DNA of 64,000 nt, from the NCBI GenBank assembly GCA_013265495.1, contig MU057847.1, positions 269,260-333,259 of the forward strand. Reading direction: 5' to 3'. Made by a program: the position numbers and the translations under genes. Positions within the stretch are counted from its first letter, which is position 1; each line of letters opens with the position of its first letter. A model generated the notes under the pieces. It saw nothing but the letters and a program-made list of their open reading frames with translations, did not search any database and was not told where the DNA came from. Below are positions 63,610-64,000 of the stretch, piece by piece. The DNA is from Vicugna vicugna. Lineage: Eukaryota.

Positions 63610-64000
63610 TTTTAAAAATACAGAGTGACAAATGATATAACTCTCTTTCTCAAAATCACTACATTGCTTCCCTCTACTCTTAGAATGAATCCAGTCTCTT
63701 CACCCTTCTAGCCACCTTTGCCTCCTTCCATTCCCTGAACGTGCCAGATCCTTTGTGATTCCAAGGCCTTGGCATTTACTATTCCCTCTGCCTAGAATAT
63801 TCCTTCTGCAGCTCTTCTCATGGTTGGTTCATTCTTTCTAGTCTCATCTCAGATGTCACCTCTTTAAAGAAGCTATCCCTGAGCACCAGATATGTAGCAA
63901 CTTGTCTTAATTACTCTAATTTAGTTTATTTAGTTTATTTATTTTCTTTATCATTAATCACAGTCTGTAATACATTTTTATGTATCAGTTTATTTGTCTA
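63610..64000 (+). mobile_element. L2 fragment
   Basis: 'ggccttggcatttactattccctctgcctagaat...tctcagatgtcacctct'. Confidence 0.8.

Overview
Mammalian nuclear DNA, almost certainly from a camelid: two tRNA-Ala-derived Vic-1-type SINEs and young L1 3' ends sit on an ancient eutherian repeat background (L2, MIR, L1M, MaLR/ERVL LTRs, hAT/Tc-mariner relics). I recognise no intact protein-coding gene, RNA gene or CRISPR array. The ORF track is explained by decayed L1 ORF2 fragments and chance ORFs. The window looks like a large intron or intergenic region. The excess of + strand L1s and several well-formed minus-strand splice-site pairs suggest, without proving, a minus-strand host transcript. The most informative signals are retrotransposition footprints: a 2.26 kb young L1 with a perfect 16 bp TSD, a solo LTR41-like element split by an ~8 kb nest of insertions, an end-to-end but half-length L1, a poly(A)-only insertion with a 16 bp TSD, and a twin-primed L1 with a probable 3' transduction. 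There are also candidate regulatory sites (CTCF, a homeodomain cluster, an LTR enhancer duplication). I found no convincing novel multi-gene system. Repeat family names come from recalled consensus similarity, not a search, and boundaries of old repeats are approximate.
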